DNA of 64,000 nucleotides from the human T2T-CHM13v2.0 reference genome, Homo sapiens: NCBI GenBank assembly GCA_009914755.4, contig CP068257.2, positions 18,592,001 to 18,656,000 of the forward strand, read 5' to 3'. Shown piece by piece: positions 44,719 to 58,534 of this stretch (position 1 is its first letter; each line of letters starts with the position of its first letter). The notes under the pieces were generated by a model. It saw only the letters and a program-made list of their open reading frames with translations, ran no database searches and was not told where the DNA came from. The position numbers and the translations under genes were made by a program.

Positions 44719-47700
44719 AGTACTGACACAATAATAAGGATGAATCTGAAAAAAAAAAAAATTATACCTAGTCAAAGAAGCCAGACACAAAATGTCACAG
44801 ATTGTATGATTTCATGTATGAAATATCCATAATAGGTAAATCCAGAGAGACAGACAGAAAGCAGATTGGTAATTGACAGAGGCTGGAGGATGAGAGAATG
44901 AGGAGTAACTGCTTGATAGGTACAAAATTTTCTTAGGGGATAATATATTTTGGAGCTTAATAGAGGTGGGCATATATAAGATTGTAAGTGTACTGAATGC
45001 CACTGATTTTTTCACTTTAAAATGGATCTTAAAATGGTTAATCTTATGTTACATGAATTTCACCTAAACTAAAACAAAAAAGTAAAAGCTACAAACTTCT
45101 TGCTGTCCTCAAAAACAATGATACCCAATTTATATATGAAAATCTCCCAATGACCAGAGGTGGTTTATGTTACTTTGAAATTGACATAAACTGAAAGATG
45201 TAAATATTATTTGTAAATTTCAGTGGCCCTGAAAACTTTCTGTAACGAGTTAAGAAATAACAGTATGTACTAATAAATTAATTAATATTTCCTTAAAATC
45301 GTAAGTTTCTTTGACTAAATCATATGACTCTTACTTGGAAAGAGTTAGAGGCATTGTTGTGAATCTTACCAGAATATGCCACCCCAACATAGACCTTTTG
45401 CCCTGTGAATTATTTTGAGCTAGGACTCCTGAGAACCAGCAGACTCAGGAAAAGCTCTAAAAACAGGGCACTAATTTTCCCTTTGTAAAGGAAATTTCCA
45501 TTTGTAAAGGTCTCTCCTTCTCCAGAAAGAGGTGGAAAGTTCTCAGGACCTTTTAAGAGTGTGCCTTGGGCCTTGATCACTCACATATGACTCAGAATAA
45601 ACCTCTTTAAATATTTTACAGAATTTGACTCTTTGTCAACAATATCAGAATAGGTTAAATATCCAAAATTTCTGCAAATTGAAATACCAATTTCAAACTT
45701 TTTTTCACAAAAACACAAATTGTCATTAAATTTGGTGGCTGTTCATACTCACGGGAATAATCTGAACATAACACATTTTCCTGCATTGGCCATTTACCCA
45801 GAAGGCCTACATTTTTTTCCATCTCTCTCTTCAACTTATTTTTCTTAGCAGAAATTTTGATGTCTTAGAATCTACCAGGATTCTTACAGTTAGATAGTAA
45901 ATAATTTCATTCAAATTAATTAGAGATTTAAAATGAAGTTGCTGAATAAATATTTGAGAATATTTAATCAATAATATACTATTTTTAAACCATTCTTCTT
46001 TGCTTTTTCTCTCTCCCTCTCTCCTCTCTTTGAAAGTCATTTAACTATTACCTGTTGAAAGCCCTGCAGGTGACTCAGTATTACCCTCATTATTCATGGT
46101 AACAGGAGCAAGAAAACTAAAGGAGCTTTTGTTCCTAGGCAGTCAAAACAAGATAGGCCAACAATAGTTACAAAGCTATGAATTCAGTACTAATCAGAGA
46201 TTTGGAGGGTTTTTGTGAACCTGCTATTCTTCAGAAACCCTTAATTCTTTCAGTTTCTCCTTTCGCATACATTCTGTGTCTTCTGTCAAATGAAATGTAG
46301 CATCTCTGTACACAGAAAGTTTCTGAGCTAAGTATATGTAACACGAGTTTCCTTTCCAAGATTCAACACCTATGCATTGCAATCAAATCTCTTTTATACT
46401 GCATTGTATAAGCACATAAAGGCATCAGTTTAATAAATTAATTTTTATTGAGCCTCTGTTAGTAAAAAATTATGCAATTCAATGGTATAGTGCATTAAAA
46501 ATATATGAAGTGGTTTTATACTCTTTTCTGTGCAAAGGTGTTGAAAAAGTAACTATCCAAGGTTAATTACCGTCAGTAGTAGGAGAATATTTTGTTAAGT
46601 AAATTTAGTAGGACAATATTTTGTTAAGTAAAACTAAATTATGTTTATACCTTGCTGTGATCTTATTTTATAATGTTAAAGTTAAAGGTTACCTTACAAA
46701 ACATAATTACCAACTTGCAAAAGTATTTTAAGGGTCCGTTATTACTTTGCATCATTGAATAAAGTGTTTAAAAATTGTGTGATAGTGAACAAAATGTACT
46801 TAGACTATATTAGTAGATCAATAATAATAATAATTACACTGTTTTTGCCAGGCCCAGCATTTGAGAGAAAACTATGCATAAGCAAAGGTATAGATGGTAG
46901 AAGGGAATACAGGATAGAAAAAACACATTTAAAATGCTTCTAATAATTTTCCAATTTTAAAAAGTGTCTAAAATCTCTCTCCATTTCTTTATCTTTTTGA
47001 AAAATTTTGATGACTAGGAAGTTGCTGTTTCATCTAAAATATGATAAAACCTCTGAAAACTAACTCCAGTCAATGTGAAATTTGGCAGGGCCTATTATCT
47101 CTGAGCTACTTCTTGGATTAACCTCTGTAGTGTAATGGAGACTGTTAAGACTCCTGGGAGTGACAACAACCACAGTGACAGGAGAACACCTGGTTATTGG
47201 CATTTCATCCTTTATAATAGATGCCCAAACAGGTCCCCAGACACCTGCAGAAATTACTAGGGTGTGTTAGACCATGACAGTTGATAAATTATTACCAGAC
47301 ACAATCTGGAAATGGGCTTCTAAGCTTTACTATCATCTCTGAAGGAAAAAATACGATTTGCCTACTGGGAGGAAAACTCAGCTAAATATTCTAAATGAAA
47401 AATCAAAATATATGCATAAGATAAGCTAGCATTCAATAGCTCTTAGCAAAATTTGACGACAAAATAATGTTTAGAAAATGTTCAAAAATAACAAGGGTAT
47501 AATATAATTAATGTATATCAAAAAATGACAATTTTTTGGAGACTTACAGTTTTTATGCACAAGGACACAGTACTGCTAACAGTAACTATATAAAATTTTA
47601 AACAGAAAATAAAAACAATGGTAGAATATTAGCATCGGTGCCAATTCTACATTTTAATTATGTATAGTGCAAAATATGTTAGACTTCCATATATTCATGC

Positions 47701-49269
47701 TAACCTAGTTGATGCTAATCTAGATCTAACCTAGTTCATGCTAACCTAGATGATCTTCCCAATGTTGTAGAGGAAAATTTAGTGACAATAAAGCTTACTG
47801 AGTGTCCACTCTGGATACCTACTCAAATATTTCCTAATATGGGTATGTAATGCATATGCATGAAAATTCTTTCCTCCCTACTCTTGCACTCACACTTAAC
47901 ACAGAACTCTTCCATAACCAAATGTGTGTTGTTTGTTTTTTCCCTCACAACAATTTAATTCTCGAATTCTCTGCAGACCCCAGTTGGGTGCCCTGCAACT
48001 GAATGAATTCTGATGTTCACTGTAATTAGCACAAATCCCACAGGTTAAGGGCTCAGTCGCACAAACTGTCCACACATCCGAAGCCAACCGTAAGTCCCAG
48101 GTTTTTACTTGTACTTCTGACTTTCTGGCTATAAATTGGGATTTCCATGACCCCTTTCCTCAAGTTCAGTCATTTTCCAAAAGGGTTCACATGACTCAGG
48201 GAAACATTTTACCTATATTACTAGTTTATTATATATTAAAGGATATGATAGAGGTTACAGGTGAACAGCCAGATGAAGAGAGGGGCATCGGGTGAGGTCC
48301 AGAAGTTTCTTGAGTGCAAAAGCTTTTCTCACCACAAAGTTGAGGGGTGCCACACTCCCCATATGTGGATAAGTTCACGAAACTAGGAGATCTTCAAACC
48401 CCATAGTTTAGGGATTTTTTTAATGGAGGCTTCTTCACGTACACTCAATCTCCAGCCCCTCTTTCCTTCCCAGAGGATGAGAAATAGGGCTGAACATTCC
48501 AAACTTCTAATCATGACTTGGCCCCTCTGATGACCAGCTCCAATGCAGGAGCCCACCATGAGTTGCCCTATTAGAAGAAGAGATGCTCTTATCACCTAGA
48601 GAATTTATAAACACTAGGAGCTCTGTGCAAGGAACGGGGCTCAAAGATCAAATATTAGTAAAAATGACACATTTAGTACCCCCATTGCTCAGGACATTAT
48701 AAGGTTTTTAGAAGCTTTGTGACAGAAACTAGGGGCAGAGACCAAATATTTTTAAATTATGTCTCATATCTATATCTATATCTATGTCTTACACCCAAAT
48801 AGACATTGGTGTCACAAACTATCATATCTCTAATCTATTTATATTTTTAAAAATTATTTATTGTCCCACAAGCGGCCTTTCTCCCTGTCTTTTTCTCTAT
48901 TAAAATGGTGTATAAGCTACTCTTTTGGGTATTCACCTCCTCTTGTCATGCTCCCATGCATACAAAATTAAAAATTATACGTTTGTATGCCTTTTCTCCT
49001 GTCAGTCTGTCTCTTGTCACTTTATTTTTCAGATCCAGCAGGAGAACAGAAGAGGTACAGAGGGAAAGTTTTTCTCTCCTACAGGGCCAATACAATATGC
49101 TATTGTTAAAATTGTAAACTGAAGCATAATAATATTTTAAAGTGCTTATTTGAACAAACAACAATTTATGAATCCAGCAGCTCCAGAACAGAAGTGGTTC
49201 AGGGATTCCCTGGAGGAAGCATAAGGTATAGGCTTTTCTAGAGTGAATATGAAAGTAGTATAAAGAAAG

Positions 49270-49632
49270 GGATATGGTTTGGCTGTGTCCCCACCCACAT
49301 CTCATATTGAATTGTGATTTCCATAATCTCCACGTGTCATGTGAGGGACCCAGTGGGAGATCATTTAATCATGGGGGTGGGTTTTTCATGTGCTGTTCTT
49401 GTGAGAGTGAATAAGTTTCATGAGATCTGATGGTTTTGTAAAGAACAGTTCCCTTGCACATTCTCTCTTGCCTGCCACCATGTAAGACATGCCTTTGCTC
49501 TTTCTTTGACTTCTGCCATGATTTTGAGGCCTTCCCAGCCATACGGAACTGTAAGTCCATTAAACCTCTTTTTCTTTATAAATTACCCAGGCTCAGGTAT
49601 TTCTTCATAGCAGTATGAAAAGGGACTAATAC
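49270..49632 (+). mobile_element. MaLR solo LTR (THE1/MST-like)
   Basis: 'tgatatggtttggctgtgtccccacccacatctcatattgaattgtgatttccataatctccacgtgtcatgtgagggacccagtgggagatcatttaatcatgggggtgggtttt...ttataaattacccaggctcaggtatttcttcatagcagtatgaaaagggactaataca', a near-textbook THE1 structure. Confidence 0.85.
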
Positions 49633-49770
49633 AGAAAGTGTATTTGATTAGTTACAGTTATAAGTTTTCTTATTTGGTCTATCCTGCTGGAAATATCTAG
49701 TCATATATTTAGAAGTTTGCTGGCTGCCTCTGATTTACTGAACTTAGGTGTTTATATATATATATATAAA

Positions 49771-50000
49771 CCAATTAGGCCTGATAAGTGACCTTAACCT
49801 TGCTGGATTTGAAAACATAAGCAAAACTTAACTTGAGTTATTTCTTGTAAATGTCTATATATATATAGACATTTGTTTATATATATATATAAAAATGTCT
49901 ATATATATATATATAGACATTTACAAGAAATAACTCAAGTTAAGTTTTGCTTATGTTTTCAAATCCAGCAAGGTTAAGGTCACTTATCAGGCCTAATTGG
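49771..50000. repeat. Near-perfect palindrome: two identical arms of about 102 bp in inverted orientation around a 22-bp AT-rich spacer
   Basis: The left arm 49771-49872 is 'ccaattaggcctgataagtgaccttaaccttgctggatttgaaaacataagcaaaacttaacttgagttatttcttgtaaatgtctatatatatatagacat'. Its exact reverse complement is the right arm 49895-50000, apart from (TA)6 versus (TA)8. Each arm ends in the sub-palindrome 'atgtc(ta)ngacat'. Confidence 0.9.
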
Positions 50001-50908
50001 TTTTGTTTGCTCTCAGGGATTACTCAGGCCTGGTCTCCATTTTAATTTACTAATACTATCTCAAGCTAGATCTAGAGCAGTGGTTCTCAAAGCATAGTCC
50101 AAAGGCTTCCACAAAAAAGCCATACAATGTTTAGAATCCCAAATATTTTTGACCCCAGTTTATAGCAATAGAGAATGAAGACTTTGAATTGGCATCCTTA
50201 GGAAAATATACACATGGTTAAACAAGTTTTGGTAATGTTCCGGTAAAGATATATTAAGGATATTGCTTTTCCGCTCAAATCCATTGTTACAGATGTCCTC
50301 AAGGGACATCTATTACACTGAAAGAGAGGGACCTGGCTAGTAGACAAAGGCCATATATGTTTAGACTTAAAAATTATGTTAAGTATAGAATAAGTGTTGC
50401 TCCTTAAACTTGGAATTTATAATAAGCCAGCTGATAATTATCTGATTAGGTTGATGAAAGAGTTGGATTGCCAAAAAAGCCACAAGTCTACACTTTGAAA
50501 GTCTGTGACTGGTAAATCTGCAAATTAAGACTTGAACCTTTAAAAATATCGATTTTATTTTATGGTTTATAATCTTTTGCCAGTAATTTGGAAAGTATAA
50601 TGAAATCTTCAATTTCCTAAAGAAATATAATTTATCAAATTTACTCAGGTAGTAATAGAAAATCTAAAATCATCTAAAATAATTAAATAAAATTAATCAA
50701 CATTAAATATTTACCTCCCCTCCTCAAATTCCACATGCAAACAAAACTATCTGGGCCTAGATGGGTTAGCATATTATCTAAAACAAATACTTAGATATTT
50801 TCAAACTAACATACATTCTGCCAGTGAGAAAATTTTCCTTCAATTTATTTGAGTTATAATCATAATATGAAAAATAGAAGGAGGGTGAAAAAGGAACACA
50901 GAAAATAA

Positions 50909-51212
<304 letters not shown>

Positions 51213-54200
51213 CAATAATACAAATATTTTAAGTAAATTTTATCACGTCAAACCTAGTGTTGTATATAAAAAAATACACAAATAAGTTTACTTCAGAATA
51301 GAAAAGCAAAGATATCATTGGAAATTTCTTAATATATTATACATAATTAGATTTAAGGTTTAGGCTTTGAGAAATATATTTGATAATATTCAATATTCTC
51401 CCATAATAAAATTTCTTGTCACTCTAGCACTAGGAAGAAATTTTATTAGCCTGCTAAATGTTGTGCACCAGAGAAAATATAGCTAGAATCATAAAGGTAA
51501 AAAGCCAGAAATTTTCATTAAAAAATCAGAAAAAAACAAGCAATTCCACTGTCAAGTTTATAAACTGCAGTTTCTATTGCACACGTACACAGAGTATGTT
51601 AAAATATTTATAGTAGAATCTCTTATAAGAGTAAACCATTGGATAAGACATGTCTGCCAAAACATTAACTGACAATAGACTCCCCTTCCCTCAAAAGTAT
51701 ATACATTCATTCCTTATATTACCATACAAGATTCTTATAAACATAACATTGAGTCAAACAATTTAAGCTTCAGACAGATACCTACAATTTAAACTCATAA
51801 AAAACTAGCATATGTGGTGTTAATGATGAATACATATGTAGTAAAAATACCCCAAAACTGCATAAGAATAATCAAAACTAAATACAGTAGTTACTTACCT
51901 CTGGGGAAGGAAGGGTAAAGTAAATACACCCAGGGATGTGGAGGGTGGTACCTATACCCTACTCAGCAAATTTTATTTTTTAAGTTGTATTGTTGGTTCA
52001 TAATTAATTATTATGCCATTCTTTACTGTTTCCTGTATTTTATAAATATTTAGTAATTCACTCTTAAAAATGAAGAGTGAACAGTTTTGATAGTTTTTAG
52101 TTCTGTGATGTTATTTCAAAAAACTACATATACATACATGTAGATTTATGGTAATAAAATGCACAAATCTACACGTATGTGTATGTTTATGGTAATAAAA
52201 TGCACAAAGCTACATGTGTGTATATGTATGTGCATGTGTATGTATATGTGTGTATATAGATACAGATATTCCACAGAGGTAGTACACAGAAACTGAAAGT
52301 GGTCCACAAATGACAAAAATTGTTAAAAAGGTATAGAAGAAATACATTATATGGAAAAATGAATAAATGTTTTTGAGATTACGTATGGACAAAAAGCTAA
52401 AGAGCATATGCTATAAATATATACAAAAGTTTAACATGTAACTTGTATGCTAAGAATTCATTTGGTTATTTCCAGATCATTTACAAAACTTTGAAGAACA
52501 GAACTGTTGCTATGGAGATTTTGTTTAATAGTCATCAAACTAAAGGCTACAAAAGCTAAAAATGCATTCATAAGAACATAATGCTCATGTTTATATTTTG
52601 AAGATCTATAGCGTGAAGCACATGTTCAGGTATTGCCAAATTTTGAAGCAAAGTTTCTAATCCTACTTAACTTAAAATTATTCTGCTATTATTTTAGATT
52701 AATTTATATTTTACTCCTATTGATCTGTATTTATATTGACAAGAGATCAAACATTATATACCATCATTGTGGGTAGTAGCTGGGGAAAAAGTCCTCATGA
52801 ATTATCTGCAAGTCTTAGGAAGAACACATTCTGAATCCTGCAGTTTTGTTCAGAGCTATCTCAGAGGTCCCTGCATATAAAAAGGAATTTTCAGAGCAAC
52901 AATTTTGGTTTTTTTCTTCCTAACAATTTGGCTTGGGTTCATAACTTGCTTATAGGGATTCACAGATTTTTTAGCATCCAAATTTGCAAAATTACCACAT
53001 TTCATACATATTGCCCACCTAAGAAAGTCTGTTCCTCTTCAATCTGGCTTGCTCATCTGTGATCTGACAGATGGATTCTACCCACAGGCAAAAGAAAACC
53101 TTATTTTAAAAATAAAAATTAATTACATCAAACTTAAAATCTCACATCGAGTTAGAAAGAATTTTTATTAAATAAAATTGTAGTGGAGTACTGGCAGCAT
53201 TGTTTTATATCCATTTTCATCTGTACACAAAGTATTTTTTTTTAATTGGTGAGGTCTAGCTAGTGCAGGTATTATTTATCTAAATTTGGTAGCGCAGTCA
53301 GATTGCAACAGAATGATGTGGCGACATTGTGATTTCTTATAAATGTCTATCTTTTCCCTCTTCCCGGCTAATAAGATGCAATGCTCTTGTTTGAAGAAAC
53401 CAAGATCCCAGCCACAAACAAGAGATAGTTATTGAACTAATCCAAAAGTTAGAATCCTCCTCCAATTTTCCTCTTGTAGCTAATGGTAACTGTTGTAACA
53501 CTGCTCTAGCCAATGGGGAAAATCTATCGGGTTGTGGAACTACAGGAAAAACTTCTGAGTTTCTAATGAAAGGGACAGATAAACCTGTCAACTCCCCTTC
53601 TAACTTTTTTCCTACTGTGATTGGAAATATCATGACTAGAACTGGGGCAACTATTTTGCTACTGTAATTTACATGCATGGAAGTTAAAATTTAACATTCT
53701 TAGGATGGTAGAAGAGAAATATAGAAGAATCTTGTACCCTCAATGGCATGACTGAGCGGTTAAGCAAATGCTAGCAACAGCCTAGTGTCAATTTACCTTG
53801 TCCCTTTGATTGATAGGGAACCACATATGTTATCTGTTTCTTCTTAAGGTAGCATCTGAGGTTGTTTTTAAAGTGTTATGCCTGCTTTATCCAAGTTATG
53901 AGGTTTATGAGCATAAAGATCTTGTGATGTTTTCTTATTATTATTTTAGTGTTTGTAGGCTCAAAATGATGCCCCTCTCTTATGTCCCATCTTGGTAATT
54001 TGTATCTATTGTTCATGTTTATTATAGCTGGATGGTCATCAATTTTACTGACATGTCAAAGCAGTTTTGATATTATTGACCTTTTCTACTGTTTTTCCCT
54101 TTTCGATCTCATTGATTTCTGCTTTTATTTCTATATTTTCTCCTAATGCTGTGTTGCTTGCTTTTAGTTTAATTTGCTCTTTTTTCTGCTTTTTTTAAAG

Positions 54201-54967
54201 GCAGATATTCAGATCATTGGCTTGAGACATCTATTGTCTATATTTATTTTCTATATTTCTATACTCTATTTTCTAATTTGTCTTTACTGCTTTGGCTGAA
54301 TCCCACGAAATGTGAATGTAAATGTCAATTTTGTCAAATTGCTTGATAATGTTCTCCAAGTTTTCCATATATTTACTCATTTTCTGTCTACTTGTTACAT
54401 CAATTGCAGAAGAGTGTTAAATTCTCCACAAATTCTCATTGTGGAACATTAATATTCTTACACAGCTCTAAAATGCTTTTTGTAACTTTTTTTTTTATTT
54501 TGTTTCAGTTTGGGTAATTTATATTTGTATGGCTTCAAGGGCATTGATTATGTCTTTAGCTCCATCAAGTCTACTGATGACACCTGCTGTGGGTTTAGTT
54601 GTGCCCTAAAAAAAGATAAGTTGAAGTTCTTAAACCTAGTACTTCAGAATGTGGCCTTCTTTGAAAATATATCTTTACAGAGGTAACTGAGTTAAAACAA
54701 GGTTATTGGGGTGGACCCTACTCCAATGTGGCTTGTTTCCTTATATAAAATGGAAATTTGAATGCAGAGGCAGACATGCAGAGAGAGAGGATGATGTGAA
54801 GACATAGAAGGCCATGTGAAGATCGGCAATTGGAGTGATACATCTATGAGCCAGGGAATGCCTGAAGCTACCAGAAGTTAGGATGCATGGGGTACATCCT
54901 TCCCTAGTGCCTTCAGAGTGAACGTAACCCTGATGACATCTTGGTTTCATACTTTTAGTATGCAGAA

Positions 54968-55278
54968 TTTTTTTTTTTTTTTTCTTTTTAGATGGAGAGA
55001 TGGAGTCTCGCTCTGTCACCCAGGCTGGAGTGTAGTGACACAATCTCGTGTCACTGCAACCTCTGCCTCCTGGGTTCAAGCTATTCTCCTGTCTCAGCCT
55101 CATGAGTAGCTGAAATTACAGGCATGCACCACCACGTCCCGCTAATTTTTGCATTTTTAGTAGAGATGGGGTTTCACCATGTTGGCCAGACTGGTCTCAG
55201 ACTCCTGACCTCAAGTAATCCACCTGCCTCAGTCTCCTAAAGTTCTGGGATTACAGGCGTGAGCCAACATACCCAGCC
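54968..55278 (-). mobile_element. Alu SINE (AluS-like)
   Basis: Poly-T then 'agatggagagatggagtctcgctctgtcacccaggctggagtgtagtgacacaatctcgtgtcactgcaacctctgcctcctgggttcaagc...caggcgtgagccaacatacccagcc'. The approximate TSD is 'tag[tc]a[tc]gcagaatt'. Confidence 0.9.
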
Positions 55279-56209
55279 TAGCACAGAATTCTGAAACAAT
55301 GTTTCTGTTATTTTAAGCTCCCCAGTTTCTGGTACTTTGTATGGAAGCCCTAGGAACTAGTACAACTCTAAAGGTTTTCATTTCTCTTCGTGTTTTTTAT
55401 TTATATCATTTGCGTTTTATTCTTGATATATTTTTCATTTCTCTACTGAATTTTTCTATCTGGTCATGCATGTTGATTTTTTTACTAGATTATGTAACAC
55501 ATTAACCATAGTTATTTAAATTTCATGTTTAATGTTTCCAAAAATTGTGTAATCTTGCAATCTGGTTCTGTTAGTTACTTTGCCTCTTAGCATTAGGCTC
55601 TATTCTCTTGCTTTTTTATCTGTCTTCTATTTTACATTGAATACCAACCCTCATATGAAGAACATTAGAAATTGAAGTAGACAGTATTTACGATTAAAAA
55701 TGAAACTGCCTTTTATTCTACAACGCTAATATGTGTGACAGTATGCCAATCTAGGAAGCAATTGACTGGGTTTGGATTTATTGTTATGAAAGTTGCCTTG
55801 AAGTTTACCAAGGTTACTATGCCATTGGCCTTGAGTTCCTTTAGTGCCACATCTTAACTACCTTAGATGAGCTGTCCTTGGATTTCAGGCTACTTGTCTG
55901 ACCTGTGACATCAGCATTCGGATGGACTTGAGGAAGGCTATTAGTTTCCAGTTAATTGGGCTTTTTTTGGTCATTGAAGAAATAATCGTTTTATTAGATT
56001 TCTCCCTTAGGTCTTCTCAGGTCTCCAAATGGTAGAGATATTTTAGAGAAAAGTGGAACTCTTCTTGCTATGTGAGAAGAGAAAAATAATCACCTACATG
56101 ATTAAGCACTTTTAGCTGTACTTTTTGTAACTTGAAATCAAACACGTTAGTAGCTAAAATATCTGTTTTTGTCCCAGGTTTTGTAACACACAAAGTCACA
56201 CAACAACTC

Positions 56210-58195
56210 ACACACATACTGTGGAAAATGCATGTGTGCGTTTGTGTGTATATTATATTATATATTATATATAAAATATATAAATATGTATTATATTACA
56301 TATTATATACAAAACATATAAATATATATTACATATTATATAACATATATAAATATATATTACACATTATATATAACATATATAAATATATTACTTATTA
56401 TATATATTATATATAATATAATATATATAATATATAATATATTTATATATGTTATACATAATATATATTATATATTATATAATATATAACATATTATATA
56501 ATGTTTTATATATAATGTATTATATAATATTTTATATAATATATTATATATAAAATATTATATAATACATTATATATTATATGTAAAATATTATATAATA
56601 CATTATATATTATATGTAAAATATTATATAATACATTATATATTCTTATATATATATTATATATATATAAAATATATAATATAAATATTTAATATAAAAT
56701 ATATAATATATATTATATGTAAAATATAAAATATATAATATATATTATACATTATATGTAAAATATATAATATATGTAAAATATATAAATATATATTATA
56801 TTAAATATTATATGTAAAATATATAAGTATATAATATATCATATATTATATGTAAAATATATAAATATATATTATATTATATATTATGTGTAAAATATAT
56901 AAATATCTGTTATATTATATATTATATGTAAAATATATAAATATATTTTATATATTTGTATATTTATATTTATAAATAAATATATCTTTATATTTGTAAT
57001 ATATAAAATTATATATAATTATAATATATAAAATATATAAAATATATTTAAAAATTATATATTTATATTCATAAATAAATATAAAATATATTATATATAT
57101 TATATAATATATATAAAATATATTATATATATTATATAATATATATAAAATATATTATATATATTATATAATATATATAAAATATATTATATATATTATA
57201 TAATATATATAAAATATATTATATATATTATATAATATATATAAAATATATTATATTATATATTATATAATATATATAAAATATATTATATTATATATTA
57301 TATAATATATATAAAATATATTATATTATATATTATATAATATATATAAAATATATTATATTATATATTATATAATATATATAAAATATATTATATTATA
57401 TATAATATAATATATATAAAATATATTATATTATATATAATATAATATATATAAAATATATTATATTATATATAATATAATATATATAAAATATATTATA
57501 TTATATATAATATAATATATATAAAATATATTATATATATTTTATATAATATATATAAATATATAGTATATTATATATCATATATTATATAAAATATATT
57601 TATATAATATATGATATAATATAAATTTATATATCAATATATATCTTATATATTATATATTATATATTTTATATTTTATATGTATTATATAATATATAAA
57701 TATTTACAGTATATATTATATTAATGTAATTATATAAAAAATATTCACATTATATATTATATTATATATTAACATATAAAAATATATACTGTATTATATA
57801 TTAACATACAATAATATATACTGTATTATATATTAATATATAATAATATATACTGTGTTTATATTAATATATAATAATATATACTGTGTTTATATTAATA
57901 TATAATAATATATATTGTATTATATATTAATATGTAATAATATATACTGTATTATATATTAATATGTAATAATATATTACTATATATGGTATTATATATT
58001 AATATATAATAATATATTACTATATATGATATTACATATTAATATATAATAATATACTAATATATAATATATAAATATTTATATAATACTAAAATATATT
58101 ATATATTATATTTTATATGTAATATATATTTTATATATAATATATAATTTGTATGTATAATATATATTTATATATATATATATAGTGAGAGAGAG
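56210..58195. repeat. Compound AT-rich minisatellite, more than 90% A+T over about 2 kb, built from several sub-arrays of 32-38-bp units
   Basis: For example 57095-57255 is unit 'tatattatatatattatataatatatataaaa' (32 bp) x5. 57255-57400 is 'tatattatattatatattatataatatatataaaa' (35 bp) x4-5. 57400-57530 is the variant 'tatattatattatatataatataatatatataaaa' x4-5. 57780-58060 is 'aataatatatactgt[ag]tt[at]tatattaatat[ag]t' (about 33 bp) x8. 56560-56650 and 56700-56950 hold units ending 'tatatgtaaaatat(t)ataa'. Confidence 0.95.
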
Positions 58196-58534
58196 AGAAG
58201 TATACCTAGATATGCAATGCTTCAGATTTGCTTAAACTGTATGTTCTCTAGTATTTATATTAAGTCATATATTGGAAAGTGTAAAATATTCCAACATTTC
58301 AATTCAAAACTTTCAAAAAATGTACTATCTGCTGCAGGAAAGTTACCATTTAAACATTTTGTGGGGCAAAACTTTCTCATACATAACCCCTATCCTGAAA
58401 AAGTTTATAAAATGGAAGGAAAAAAAAAAACCATGTAGAGAAAGTTTAAATTGTTCAAAATTATTTTATTACTTTTCTATCATATGTTGATTAAATATAG
58501 AAAATAATATATTATATGCTATATCCAAATAAGA

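Noticed and set aside
56210-58195. Possibility that the long array of short AT-rich direct repeats is a CRISPR array
   Set aside because: This is primate nuclear DNA. The 'repeats' are contiguous tandem units with no unique spacers between them, are more than 90% A+T, and vary gradually from unit to unit. There are no cas genes anywhere in the window. It is a eukaryotic AT-rich minisatellite.
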